Origin: Octopus bimaculoides
Taxonomy: Eukaryota
DNA: 33,959 nt
Direction: 5' to 3'
Assembly (NCBI RefSeq): GCF_001194135.2
Contig: NC_068985.1
Span: forward strand, 94,810,922-94,844,880
A program made the translations under genes and the position numbers. The notes under the pieces were generated by a model that saw only the letters and a list, made by a program, of their open reading frames with translations, was not told the origin of the DNA and did no database searches. This document shows, in pieces, positions 23,393-33,934 of this stretch; the first letter of the stretch is position 1; every line of letters begins with the position of its first letter.

Positions 23393-23725
23393 NNNNNNNN
23401 NNNNNNNNNNNNNNNNNNNNNNNNNNNNNNNNNNNNNNNNNNNNNNNNNNNNNNNNNNNNNNNNNNNNNNNNNNNNNNNNNNNNNNNNNNNNNNNNNNNN
23501 NNNNNNNNNNNNNNNNNNNNNNNNNNNNNNNNNNNNNNNNNNNNNNNNNNNNNNNNNNNNNNNNNNNNNNNNNNNNNNNNNNNNNNNNNNNNNNNNNNNN
23601 NNNNNNNNNNNNNNNNNNNNNNNNNNNNNNNNNNNNNNNNNNNNNNNNNNNNNNNNNNNNNNNNNNNNNNNNNNNNNNNNNNNNNNNNNNNNNNNNNNNN
23701 NNNNNNNNNNNNNNNNNNNNNNNNN
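23393..23725. other. Assembly gap (333 N)
   Basis: Run of N. Confidence 1.
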
Positions 23726-23918
23726 TATATAATTTTAGGGAAAATAACCAATTTTCAAGAACTCATCGATGAAAATCCACTATCACATATAGAAAAATTA
23801 ATAATAAAAGCACAATAAATGAGTATAATATAAAGTAAAGTAAATATCATAAGATAAATATAATATAATATATATATACCTTTAGTTTCTAATTACTAAT
23901 AAACCTTTATTATAACCT

Positions 23919-24756
23919 GGTGTGATATGTCACAAACTGCGTGATCTTGGCATAGCTGGAAAACTTGGAGCGTGGTTACATGACTTTCTGAAAGATAGAA
24001 GTCAGGCAGTGGTGACCAATGGACCAACCTCGAAGAAAACCTAAACAGTGAGCGGTGTTCCACAGGGCACTGTCTGGGGACCAGTGCTTTTCATAGTGGC
24101 CATCTCAGCTGCCCACATAGCCACCCTTGCTAGCTACGCAGACGATACGTAAATCTCCCAGAAAATACAGAGCCCCAGCGATGTTGTTGCACGCCTGCAG
24201 CAGTATTTGGACACAATTTACAGATGGGCTGAGGACAATAATATGCAGTTTAATGCTGAAAAATTCCAAGCCCTGCGCTACCAGCGCATAACACTGAATA
24301 TAAAACTTACAGGGTACATTGGTTCACATAGGATTACAATCGCAGCGCCTAAACCAGTGAGGGACCTGGATATCGACATGGGTGATGATACCTCCTTCCA
24401 AGTGCACATTACTAGGATGGTCACAAAGAACAGACGACTGGCTGGCTGGATCTTGAGAACGTTTAGAACCAGAGAGAAGGAAACCATGATTCTCCTCTGG
24501 AGGACATTCGTCCTCGGCCGCCTAGATTACTGCTCCCAGCTATGGTCACTCAACAGTGTAGAATTAAAAGCGGATCTTGAAGAAATCCAGTGAAACTTTA
24601 CAAAGACGTTTGTCTCATTGTAACTGCTCAGCTACTGGGAAAGTCTTCAGGACCAGTTAGTGCAAGAGCCTGGGTTTCAGAGGACCACATCTTTTTAATA
24701 TTCTCCCAAAGACCCTGAAGGACTTACACAAAGTGGATGTGGGTGTTTTCAAATCT
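23919..24756 (+). mobile_element. CR1-group (CR1/L2/Crack-like) LINE reverse transcriptase pseudogene, truncated
   Basis: One frame from 23919 gives GVICHKLRDLGIAGKLGAWLHDFLKDRSQAVV...SGVPQGTVWGPVLF (GVPQG from 24054)...ASYADDT* (YADD 24135-24146)...WAEDNNMQFNAEKF...VRDL...LDYCSQLWS...LEEIQ*NFTK, with in-frame stops. After a deletion it resumes as SLGFRGPHLFNILPKTLKDLHKVDVGVFKS (24667-24756). Confidence 0.93.
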
Positions 24757-24805
24757 ATGTATACATACATACATATGTATGTATATATGAATATATGTAT
24801 GTACA
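24757..24805. repeat. Degenerate (TATG)/(TACA) microsatellite
   Basis: Read directly; truncates the LINE remnant. Confidence 0.85.
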
Positions 24806-27651
24806 TATCTTTATTACGCATCCAGGTAAGAGTCTTATGATCGGTTCATGTTTTCAAAATAGATTGATTTCAAGTTGTAACAAATGTTTGGTGATTGAAA
24901 AATATTGTTTTGAATAACTGCAAAGGTTCGTTCCTTCACTGAAAAATCAAAATTTGGACGGCGACTCCATAGACATTTATCGAGTATTTCATATTTCCTC
25001 CTTGTAATTTGCATGTGAGGTGGGGGTCTGTATATTTGCAATATACTTAAACAATAGAATTAAACACTTCCTTACTTATCCGTTTAGTGTCGCATATTTC
25101 TCACTGTGTAAGTAACACACGTTTTAAGATTATTCGAATATTTTAAATTGAAGTTATAATTTTGTCTAATATATATCTATGAAACGTGTCGTCATTTTTA
25201 CACATGAGATTGTTGCAAATAATTTTTCGTAATAACTTCTTCATTCCTTCCTCGTTTCATTTTTAATCATTTTGTAAAAATCATGCTAATTTTCAATTAA
25301 TCATCCATCTTTGTGATTTGTTTCTAAAAGTTATTAATTACTCTTGATCATCTTTGAATATAATTGAATCCTTGCAACTGCTGAATTTTTCGTGAATATG
25401 TGACATCTATTTTAACAATCTTAATTAATGAAACGCTGGTTTTCGTTTCAGATCTGTGATTTCTCGAGATAGTAATGTAGAGGTTAAGTAAATAATAATA
25501 TTATATTCGCGAGAGAGGCAATATTAATAACAAAAGATAATATTAATCCCCGTTGAATCGTGGATGTTCTATTAGAACAAACTTTACAGCGGTAATTATC
25601 ATGACAGGAACTGTCATATGGGCTTTTTGGTGCAAAATGCATTCTTGTTTATATCGCTAGCTCTGAGAAAAATTACAACTGTCTCCAGTGTCGAGACCAC
25701 CAGATCACGTGTTTTCAACCAATAAAAGTGTATTTTGCTCCCAAAAGCTAATACGAGGGTTTCTCTCATGGTAACTACCGTATTAAAGTTTGTTACAATA
25801 GAAAATCCACGTTTAATTGGGGATAAACATTACCGCTTGGTAACTAACACTGATGATGTTTGACGATGTTATAGAATGTAGGAATCGTTCTGAAACCCAA
25901 AGTTACTCTTTCTTCGGTTACAGTCAATGCACCATAAAATTAACCATGCGGGCAGCATTCGGGGCGTCGACTCAGGTAATGACATCCTATTTTCAGAAAG
26001 TGCACATTTAAAACAGGTTCGTGGAATACTACTGGAAACAAAGATTAGAAACTAAATTAGCGACTGGAATTTGAAACTGGTCAAGGGCAGCTGTTTTTGT
26101 TTTTAAAGTTTAACGAATACCTTATGGATATTTCCCGGAATAGAATTCCAATCTTGTAATTGGGATTAGAACTTCATCGCGGGAAAGACAGCAAAAGGAA
26201 TCTCGAGAAATTCGCTGGCTGATGGGATTACCTCATTATCCACGAGGCCAACGATTAAGACATCTAATGTAGATCTGCTCATCAAGTAGTCAAAATTTCC
26301 TGAATGGTTAGCAGCTACATGGAAACTTCTACTGAAATACAAGGTCTCTATATATTAGAACGGAATCATCATACGCGATCAACTATCATGACATTACGTT
26401 AACTATATGGGTATACGTACACATTTATTTGCTTTTGGAACATAATGACACTTCAAGGCTTTCAAAGGAAGCGTCTATGAGAACTTGGATTAATGCAAAC
26501 AAATATTTAAACGAATAGATGTGGAAATTTCTATGTAATCCGAGTCAACTGTCACAAACAATCAATGAAAGTGAGAATTGCACATAAAAGACACCATTTA
26601 CTAAGGCTGATGTAAGCAGATTTTTCAAGGATCACACATTTCAAAGAAAAATGGTTTCTAAAAAAAATTCTGACCTTTTAGTATTTCAGTCACAACTGGG
26701 ATTGCTTTGAGTTCTGTTTTCTGCTAATTGGTAGAAGAGACATGTTCACAAAAGCAGAACATGCTTAGCACAGATAGACACATATTTTGTTTGCAAACAG
26801 CGAAAGACATTAGCTATTAACTGCTATCCGAGATTCCGCGATGCATTGTCTTCCATGTAGAAGCTCCATTTGCTGAGACCATTCATTGAATGAATTGGAG
26901 GGCAAAGTTGTTCAATACCATCAAGGGCCCGCTCTTTCGAAGAGGGTTCCAATTGAACAAATTAGAGGAACGCATAAAATGACATGATATTTACTTTGAT
27001 ATCGCAGCTTAAATGAGTTTCTGGAATGAAACTCATTGTACAGTGGAATGAACGCGGAATAATTGAGGTTGTCTGCTGAATTTATTGTGAATTTATTGCG
27101 CGTGTCGAAAGACATCACAATAATCTTGCGTTAAAACAATTATTCGTATCCACTATTATGCTGAATGTTTGAATGACACATTTTTCGTGTATGTATGAAC
27201 CTCTGTATCCATGTGTATATACATATTTTACCTGTGAATTTGTGTGTAAACTGGGAATACATACAATGAGCTTCTCTGCCCTAGGTGTACGGAAAACACT
27301 CGGTGAGAAATGGAAGAAGATTTGAAGAAAGAAGAAAAAAACAACAACATAATAATAATAATAGCAGATGGGTAAGCCACAACTCTGTAATGGAGGTGTA
27401 CTCAGAAAAAGTCGTCATCGTCATTGAAACGAAGAAAGTAAAATGTGCAAGAAGAGTGAAATATGAATGTTGTAAAAGGTGACATAAAGCAGCTTGTAAA
27501 TATGATATTAGAATAGAAAAATATAAGTTTGTGTAAAACAGAAAGTTTGCAAAATAATCATGTGTGATCGAAAAAAATCGGATTAGAAACTTATCAATGT
27601 AGTCCCTGATGCTAAGGAAAGCTGAAGATTTTCGAAGTGATACTTAAAAAC

Positions 27652-27955
27652 TGGCACTCTATTTGTTGACGAGTGCATCATTTGATTCGTTCAACGGAAC
27701 AGCCTAAACGTGAAGTTAACGTTCAAGTGGCTGAGATCTCCACAGACACGTGTACCGTTATCGTAGTTTTCAGGGAGGTTAAACGTGGCATAGAATGTGA
27801 GAATGCTGGCCCTATGAATTACAGGTACAACTTATTTTTGTCAGCTGAGTGGACTAGAGCATCGTGAAATGAAGTGCCCTGCTCAAGAAGGTAATGTCTT
27901 ATCAGGAATCGAACTTAGTTGTAGCTCGAATACACTAAAGATTGAACCATGTACC
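27652..27955 (-). mobile_element. tRNA-derived SINE, family B' (CORE-like domain and tail Y), old copy
   Basis: Tail Y (AACGGAACAGCC...AAGTGGCTGAGATCTCCACAGACACGTGTAC) joined to a CORE-like reverse complement TTTTTGTCAGCTGAGTGGACTAGAGCATCGTGAAATGAAGTG..TGCTCAAG at about 27832-27891. Confidence 0.85.
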
Positions 27956-28229
27956 CTTAGAAAATGATATATAGAGCAAATGTAAATAAGTACAATTAGA
28001 GTACAGAGCAGTTGATAGCAAATTGAGAAGAAACGGGGTGGGGGGCAGAGTAATCAATGTTAAGCACAATGGAAAATTAACTCCTAACGTACTGACGTTC
28101 TACAAACTCTGCCAATTAGGAGAGACTGTAAAATATTGTACATTTTGGACGGAAGAATATTAATAAACCCAAGCGAATACAAATTTTAATTATTAAATAT
28201 ATTTTTGTGTGGAGGTATCTTGAAATGGA

Positions 28230-28560
28230 TAATGGCAAAATCTGATGATCTATAATTAGCGACACGATACGTTTGCTGTAATGATGCATGTATAAATGTG
28301 TTAGAACAATAGATTTGAAGATTGAAACAATTGTAATGATTGCAAAACAGGAGAATTCCTTGAAAATGACCACAAAAATTTAATAAGGAGTATGAAACTT
28401 CAAGCCGATAGGCGAACTAAAACTTCACAACAAAATATTGTTGTATTCAATGAAGAGAAAACTGTGTTGTTCTATTGATATTGCTTACACACTTGATGCC
28501 AAAGTGGTTGGAAAAGAATATAGGAAATCTTACAAAAAACATAAAATATGAACAACAAAG
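28230..28560 (+). mobile_element. Old R4/Dong-type restriction-like endonuclease (RLE) region remnant
   Basis: Translates across stops and frameshifts as MAKSDDL*-RHDTFAVMMHV*MC (RHD from 28260), then GEFLENDHKNLIRSMKLQADRRTKTSQQNIVVFNEEKTVL-IDIAYTLDAKVVGKE. This resembles the RHD..A..VHW.LC / VEN....LWD..IQTD......PDIVV.......IDIA.P.D.....KE order of R4/Dong elements (remembered motifs). Confidence 0.6.
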
Positions 28561-29665
28561 AATCAAGAATATCAGTTAAATTAACATAATTCTCTTCTAT
28601 AGCATTATATTTAAGAAATGCCATGCCAAATCTACATTTAAAAAAGAGTCTAAGATAAAAATCTAATTCTGGAGTTTATAGTGTTGTGATACTCCACTGT
28701 CTGGTTAAAATATTTAACAGGTTCGCAGAATTAGTTACAATATGTTATAATCTATTGCAAAGGGTGAAACCAGACTCTGAATAGCGTGAATTATTGTAAA
28801 ACGTATCTTAATCTCCAAGTATAAAGTCAATTCATCAGATAATCTATACAAAATAATAACCGGAGCGCCTACAGTTATGATATGTCTCTGATGATATGTA
28901 TCTATGAACTATCGCTGTTTTCCACTAAACACGATGAAACTCTTTGAAACACACTAAAAACCAGTTAGATAGTTCACTACAAAGCACAATGAAACATTGA
29001 AAGAAGGAAATATAAATCAAAACATTAATGTCAAAACGAAGAGATAACATAATTAAAGTAATCACAGAAATACTTTGAATTAAATGACAAGACACGATAT
29101 TACAACCATACAAGTGAAAGAAAAGATTTGGTAAGGACATTATTGACGCATTAAGATTTATATTTAATAACCAAGTGAAATCGGTAGACTAAAGCTAAAT
29201 GACATAAATATTCACATACACACTGAATTAAACTACAATCATAATAATCAGAATTAAACGCTGATTGATGTAGCAAGACTACAGCAGAAAATGAGAGAAA
29301 TAACGTCTACGTTTAGAAAGCAATATAGAAGACACCACAGGTCATATCATCAATATTTCCTGCAAATTAGAAAGTATTGTATCAATAATTTGGTGAGACA
29401 ATCATAAAAGCACCCACATAATTAATATATGGAAACTATGTTAACAGAGTTTTTACACCCTTGGTAGACTGACAAAAATCGGAAACAATAAGAATGGTAA
29501 ACGACAGCAATAAAACCTTTCTAAATTTCAATCAATTTTTAATTGAATTTTCTCTTTAGATCTTGCTTTTTAAAATATTTGCATAACCACAGAAGTGGTT
29601 TCTACTAACTGCATATATAATCTTAGTAAATGGCTGAGTTAACATTACAATATATTAGAGAGTCT

Positions 29666-29876
29666 AAGGTGGTGAGCAAATATAATCGATAGTACGGTAG
29701 GGAAATGATTAGCGGTATTTCGTCTGTCTACGTTCTGAGTTCAAATTACGCCGAGGTCGACTTTGCCTTTCATCCTTTCGGGGTCGATTAATTAAGTACC
29801 AGTTGCGTACTGGGGTCGATCTGATCAACTGGCACCATCCCCCAAATTTCGGGCCTTGTACTTAGAGTAGAAAACA
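29666..29876 (+). mobile_element. tRNA-derived SINE, family A; well-preserved body
   Basis: TACGTTCTGAGTTCAAATTACGCCGAGGTCGACTTTGCCTTTCATCCTTTCGGGGTCGATTAATTAAGTACCAGTTGCGTACTGGGGTCGAT...GGGCCTTGTACTTAGAGTAGAAA. Confidence 0.94.
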
Positions 29877-29892
29877 ATATATTACAGAGAGT

Positions 29893-30106
29893 AAGGTGGC
29901 GAGCAAATAGAATCGATAGTACGTCAGGGAAAATGTTTAGCGGCATTTCGTCCGTTTTTGCGTTTTGGCCTCAGCTTCCACAGAGATACACTCCACCTGT
30001 CATCCTTTCGGGATCGATTAAATAATTACTCTTTGAACCCTGGGCTCGATACAATCGACATACCCCCACCTCCTAAATTGCTGGCTGTGTGCTGAAATTA
30101 GAAATC
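29893..30106 (+). mobile_element. tRNA-derived SINE, family A; diverged body, in tandem with 29666-29876
   Basis: Head nearly identical to the upstream copy; body TCATCCTTTCGGGATCGATTAAATAA...GCTCGATACAATCGAC...AAATTGCTGGCTGTGTGCTGAAATTAGAAA. Confidence 0.85.
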
Positions 30107-30126
30107 GATATATTATATACACCAGT

Positions 30127-30385
30127 GGGGAGGCGCGTGGCTTAGTGGTTAGGGTGTCGGCATCATGATCGTAAGATTGTGGTTTCGATTCTTGGACCGA
30201 GCAACGCTTTGTGTTCTTGAGAAAAACACTTCGTTTCACGTTGCTCCAGTCCACTCAGCTGGCAAAAATGAGTAACGCTGCGATGGACTGGCGTCCCGTC
30301 CAGCTGGGGAACACATACGCCATTGAAACCGGGAAACCGGGCCCATGAGCCTGGCTAGCCTTTAAAAGGGCGCATTTATTTATTA
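30127..30385 (+). mobile_element. Full-length tRNA-derived SINE, family C (CORE-like domain and tail X) with 13-bp TSD
   Basis: tRNA-like head with A and B boxes; CORE-like 30211-30273; short TTTA-like tail; flanked by the perfect direct repeat TATATACACCAGT (30114-30126 and 30386-30398). Confidence 0.95.
30138..30191 (+). promoter_or_regulatory. RNA polymerase III type-2 internal promoter of the SINE (A box and B box)
   Basis: A box TGGCTTAGTGG (30138-30148) fits TRGCNNARYGG; B box GGTTTCGATTC (30181-30191) is one substitution from the tRNA GGTTCGANNC motif. Confidence 0.75.
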
Positions 30386-31007
30386 TATATACACCAGTAT
30401 TTTCAAATTAAGTGAATCGGAAGATATATTGCTGAGCTGCAATAATAGCTATTGTTTGTTCGTTAAGTTCAACTGAAGCTCATGCTATCGTTTCGAACCC
30501 TATTGATAACGTATTGGTCCTGAACTGGAATAGACTTAATTCTTCCTCTCTGTTTTCCTAACCTTGAAACTGTGATCGTCTTCCTCCCTTTGTCTTACTT
30601 ACCAGAAGAATGGTGACACCACTGAATAGAAATAAACACCAGCAGTTCTAAATAAAAGATGCAATACAACGGCGTATATCGCTTCAGTGTCTCTACCACT
30701 ACACCAGACACTTGAATCTGTGCAGCTGTGAGGGCGTGAGTCCATCTGCGCACGAGTATAGATTTTGTTTGTTTTGCAAGAATGTTGATGCGAAAAAAGT
30801 ATTTTCAGTCGAATATTGCGATGTTTTCAGGTTGTCAAACCTTAAGTTTATAAAAAAAGAGGAAGCATCAGTGGTTGTTCATTACTTATCCTTAAGAATT
30901 TTTAATATATTTTAACAACGAAAAAGTAAAAAAAATAGCCGAAAAGTGCTCTCATAGATTTTAATAACTGTTTCAATATATAATTTTCTCACGCCCACTC
31001 TCTCTCT

Positions 31008-31463
31008 NNNNNNNNNNNNNNNNNNNNNNNNNNNNNNNNNNNNNNNNNNNNNNNNNNNNNNNNNNNNNNNNNNNNNNNNNNNNNNNNNNNNNNNNNNNNN
31101 NNNNNNNNNNNNNNNNNNNNNNNNNNNNNNNNNNNNNNNNNNNNNNNNNNNNNNNNNNNNNNNNNNNNNNNNNNNNNNNNNNNNNNNNNNNNNNNNNNNN
31201 NNNNNNNNNNNNNNNNNNNNNNNNNNNNNNNNNNNNNNNNNNNNNNNNNNNNNNNNNNNNNNNNNNNNNNNNNNNNNNNNNNNNNNNNNNNNNNNNNNNN
31301 NNNNNNNNNNNNNNNNNNNNNNNNNNNNNNNNNNNNNNNNNNNNNNNNNNNNNNNNNNNNNNNNNNNNNNNNNNNNNNNNNNNNNNNNNNNNNNNNNNNN
31401 NNNNNNNNNNNNNNNNNNNNNNNNNNNNNNNNNNNNNNNNNNNNNNNNNNNNNNNNNNNNNNN
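31008..31463. other. Assembly gap (456 N) flanked by (CT)n on the left and (TA)n on the right
   Basis: Run of N entered from a CT repeat and exited into a TA repeat (31464-31517). Confidence 1.
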
Positions 31464-31486
31464 ATATATATATATATATATATATC

Positions 31487-31517
<31 letters not shown>

Positions 31518-31684
31518 GAATGCGATATTACAATGTCCTAGAAATATTCATAAAGAATGTACAACTCTACAAACATAAAAAAACTGTAAATTGTCAGTTA
31601 TAAAACCAACAAATCTAATTTCCAAGCAGTTTCGAATCTAAATGAAAAATGACAATGCAAATTTATTCACAACTACATGATAGA

Positions 31685-32034
31685 CGTGGCACTCCGTCGG
31701 TTAAGACGACGAGTGTTTCAGTTGATTCAATCAACAAAACAGGCAGCTCGTGAAATTAACGTGCAAGTGGCTGAGTACTCCACAAACACGTGTATCCTTA
31801 ACATACTTCTCGGGGAAATTCAACGTGACAGGAACAACAGAAACAGGGAGAAAGTGTGAAAGAAAGTTGTAGTGAAAGAGTAGAGCAGGCTTCGCCACGC
31901 CTTCCCTGCCGGAGACACATGGAGCCTTAGCTGTTTTCTCTCAATAAATATTCACAACGCTCGGTCTGGGAATCGAAACCGCGATCCTACGACCGCGAGT
32001 CTGCTTCGCTACCACTGGCCCATTGTGCCTCCAC
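31685..32034 (-). mobile_element. tRNA-derived SINE, family B, near full length
   Basis: GTGGCACTCCGTCGGTTAAGACGACGAG...TCTGGGAATCGAAACCGCGATCCTACGACCGCGAGTC...CCATTGTGCCTCCAC; colinear with 21776-22135. Confidence 0.93.
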
Positions 32035-32219
32035 ACATCTTAGCAGAATGATAATGTTTGAAAATGATCTTCTTCATGAGAGAAAAAGTAGTTAAAAATG
32101 TCACCGGTGCCTGAGAAACGAGCATATTTTATGCGTGTACAGGATGTGATCCCATCAAGTGGAGGCTACGAAAAACCATGGAATTAAACAAAATACTGTA
32201 ATTGCAAAGTAGAAGAGAC

Positions 32220-32280
32220 AATAAATAATGGTAAAATTACATTCTGTAGTTATGCCAACTCATAAGGGCCGGATTCTCGG
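32220..32280 (-). mobile_element. Possible 3' tail fragment of a family C-like SINE
   Basis: CTCATAAGGGCCGGATTCTCGGTT resembles the reverse complement of tail X (CTCATGGGCCCGGTTTCCCGGTTT) at about 30325-30350; short match only. Confidence 0.4.
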
Positions 32281-32555
32281 TTCCGGCGAATATGGTGGGT
32301 GGTGCATCGTTTCCATTTCAGACTGCTCTAACCTTTGGAATGTCATCTTTGCTGTATGTGACCGAACATTATTCTGATGCAAGAAAACCTTTTGTCTTGA
32401 AATCAAAGATGGTTGTTTTTCTTCTAGTGCTGACTTGAATGACTAGTTGATTGACGAAATGGAAGCTTCTCTGCTAGTTCTTCATCAGTTAAGATGGAAT
32501 TTTGTCCTACCGGGGTTTGCAGGATGTTCTCGACGAGCTCTACAGATCTTCCAGG
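32281..32555 (-). mobile_element. Internally deleted mariner (DD34D-type) transposase fragment
   Basis: Minus strand gives PGRSVELVENILQTPVGQNSILTDEELAEKLPFRQST (HTH region), joined at about 32436 to KSALEEKQPSLISRQKVFLHQNNVRSHTAKMTFQRLEQSEMETMHHPPYSPE (HQDNA..H and HPPYSPD motifs at mariner spacing). Confidence 0.87.
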
Positions 32556-33111
32556 ATGCTACTTTCATAATCATAATTCATAATCATCACAAAATGACCA
32601 AATATAGATATAAACAGAATGCATAGTGTGTATGTGTGCGTAACTGTGTGTGCGTGTACATGTATTGAAAACATATAGGATTAATATTTTCTATAGGTGT
32701 GGATTAACCATGCTCTCAATGGTTTCATTCGAGGGTTGAAAACTTTTCAAGCGCTCAGTTAAGACGTTAGTAATTCGTTTCGATGTTGGATGAGACTAAG
32801 TGAGATTATACGAGAATATATACCAGACTTCAAAAACCCTCTAGTTTAATAGATACACTCATAAGGGGAGGTTACACATATACAAAAATAAAGAGTCTCC
32901 GAAATGAGTTGCCTGTAAAATTCCGTGAAGGTGCTGGTGAAAAAATATTTTTGAAATTTGGTTTAATATCAAAATTCTCCCATCCATCATGAAGATGGGT
33001 TACTAACATTCTTAAGTGGAATGCCTGAAAGGCTGCGAACGAACCTCTCATGATTGAAAATATTGATAGCATCGTTAATCCGCAACTAAAGAATTTATAT
33101 AAGTTTATATA

Positions 33112-33934
33112 TAGGGAGCGGTGAATATATTGCAAAAATGAAAATGATACTGACATCTCATTTTAACAGATATATTTACCAAAATAACATAAAAATATCT
33201 TGAAATACTAAAGAGTAAATTTATTCAATAGAATCACCATAGGTTTCAACCACAGCCTCCAGATGAATTTAGAATCTCCTAAAACTCTTGAGAACTATCT
33301 ACTTCTTTAAGATGTTGAATGCTGCTATAAACCTTACCTTGAGTTCATGTTTGGTGTTAGAAAAAGTTTTGTTAGTCTCTCACTCTACTGTACCCTACAC
33401 ATAATCTAGGGCTTTGCAGTGTGGGGAGTTAGATGGCCAGATGTTAGGTGTAATGTAGTCGCAGAAATTGTCCGACTGCTATGACTGGGTTCTCCTGCTT
33501 GTGTGGCACGTTGCAGAGATCTGTTACCAGATATAGGGTCTTCCAGCAGCCACCTTCTTGACACAGACCAGCACGTCCTCCTCCAAGAACTTAATGTAGG
33601 CCTCCGTGTTAATTCTGAGGCCGTCTGGGAAGACGAATGGAGGTATAAAGGCGCCATCCCTAGTGATCACTTCAAATACCATGATGTTGACTGGATGTTT
33701 GATTTTAATCATTCTAGGTACATGTCATCAGATTGCACTTTCCTCAGATCGACACTCTGTAGAGCATGTTTCCAAATTACTGGCAGATTGAATTGCGTCA
33801 TGGTGTTGTTTTTCACACAGACGGTGCTCAACGGACCTTATTGTACTGTGTAGTCAACAAAACTAGAACAACAAACAATGTACATCCGCGAAATTAAGAA
33901 TATAAAAGCGCGACAATTTATCCATCGCATCCTG
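33112..33934 (-). mobile_element. Tc1/mariner superfamily DD37D (maT) transposon, internally deleted, both TIRs retained
   Basis: Minus strand gives KHPVNIMVFEVITRDGAFIPPFVFPDGLRINTEAYIKFLEEDVL...GRPYIW*QISATCHTSRRTQS*QSDNFCDYITPNIWPSNSPHCKALDYV*GTVE*ETNK...RRF*IHLEAVVETYGDSIE* (stop 33221-33223), with exactly 37 residues between the 2nd and 3rd catalytic positions. The ends TAGGGAGCGGTGAATA (33112-33127) and reverse-complement CAGGATGCGATGGATA (33934-33919) match at 11/16, and both are flanked by TA. Confidence 0.9.

Noticed and set aside
23365-23751. 128-aa ORF
   Set aside because: Almost entirely the N gap.
30127-30200. tRNA gene
   Set aside because: No complete cloverleaf or acceptor stem; continues into a SINE body with a TSD, so it is a SINE head. 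The same applies to the heads near 22075-22135 and 31965-32034.
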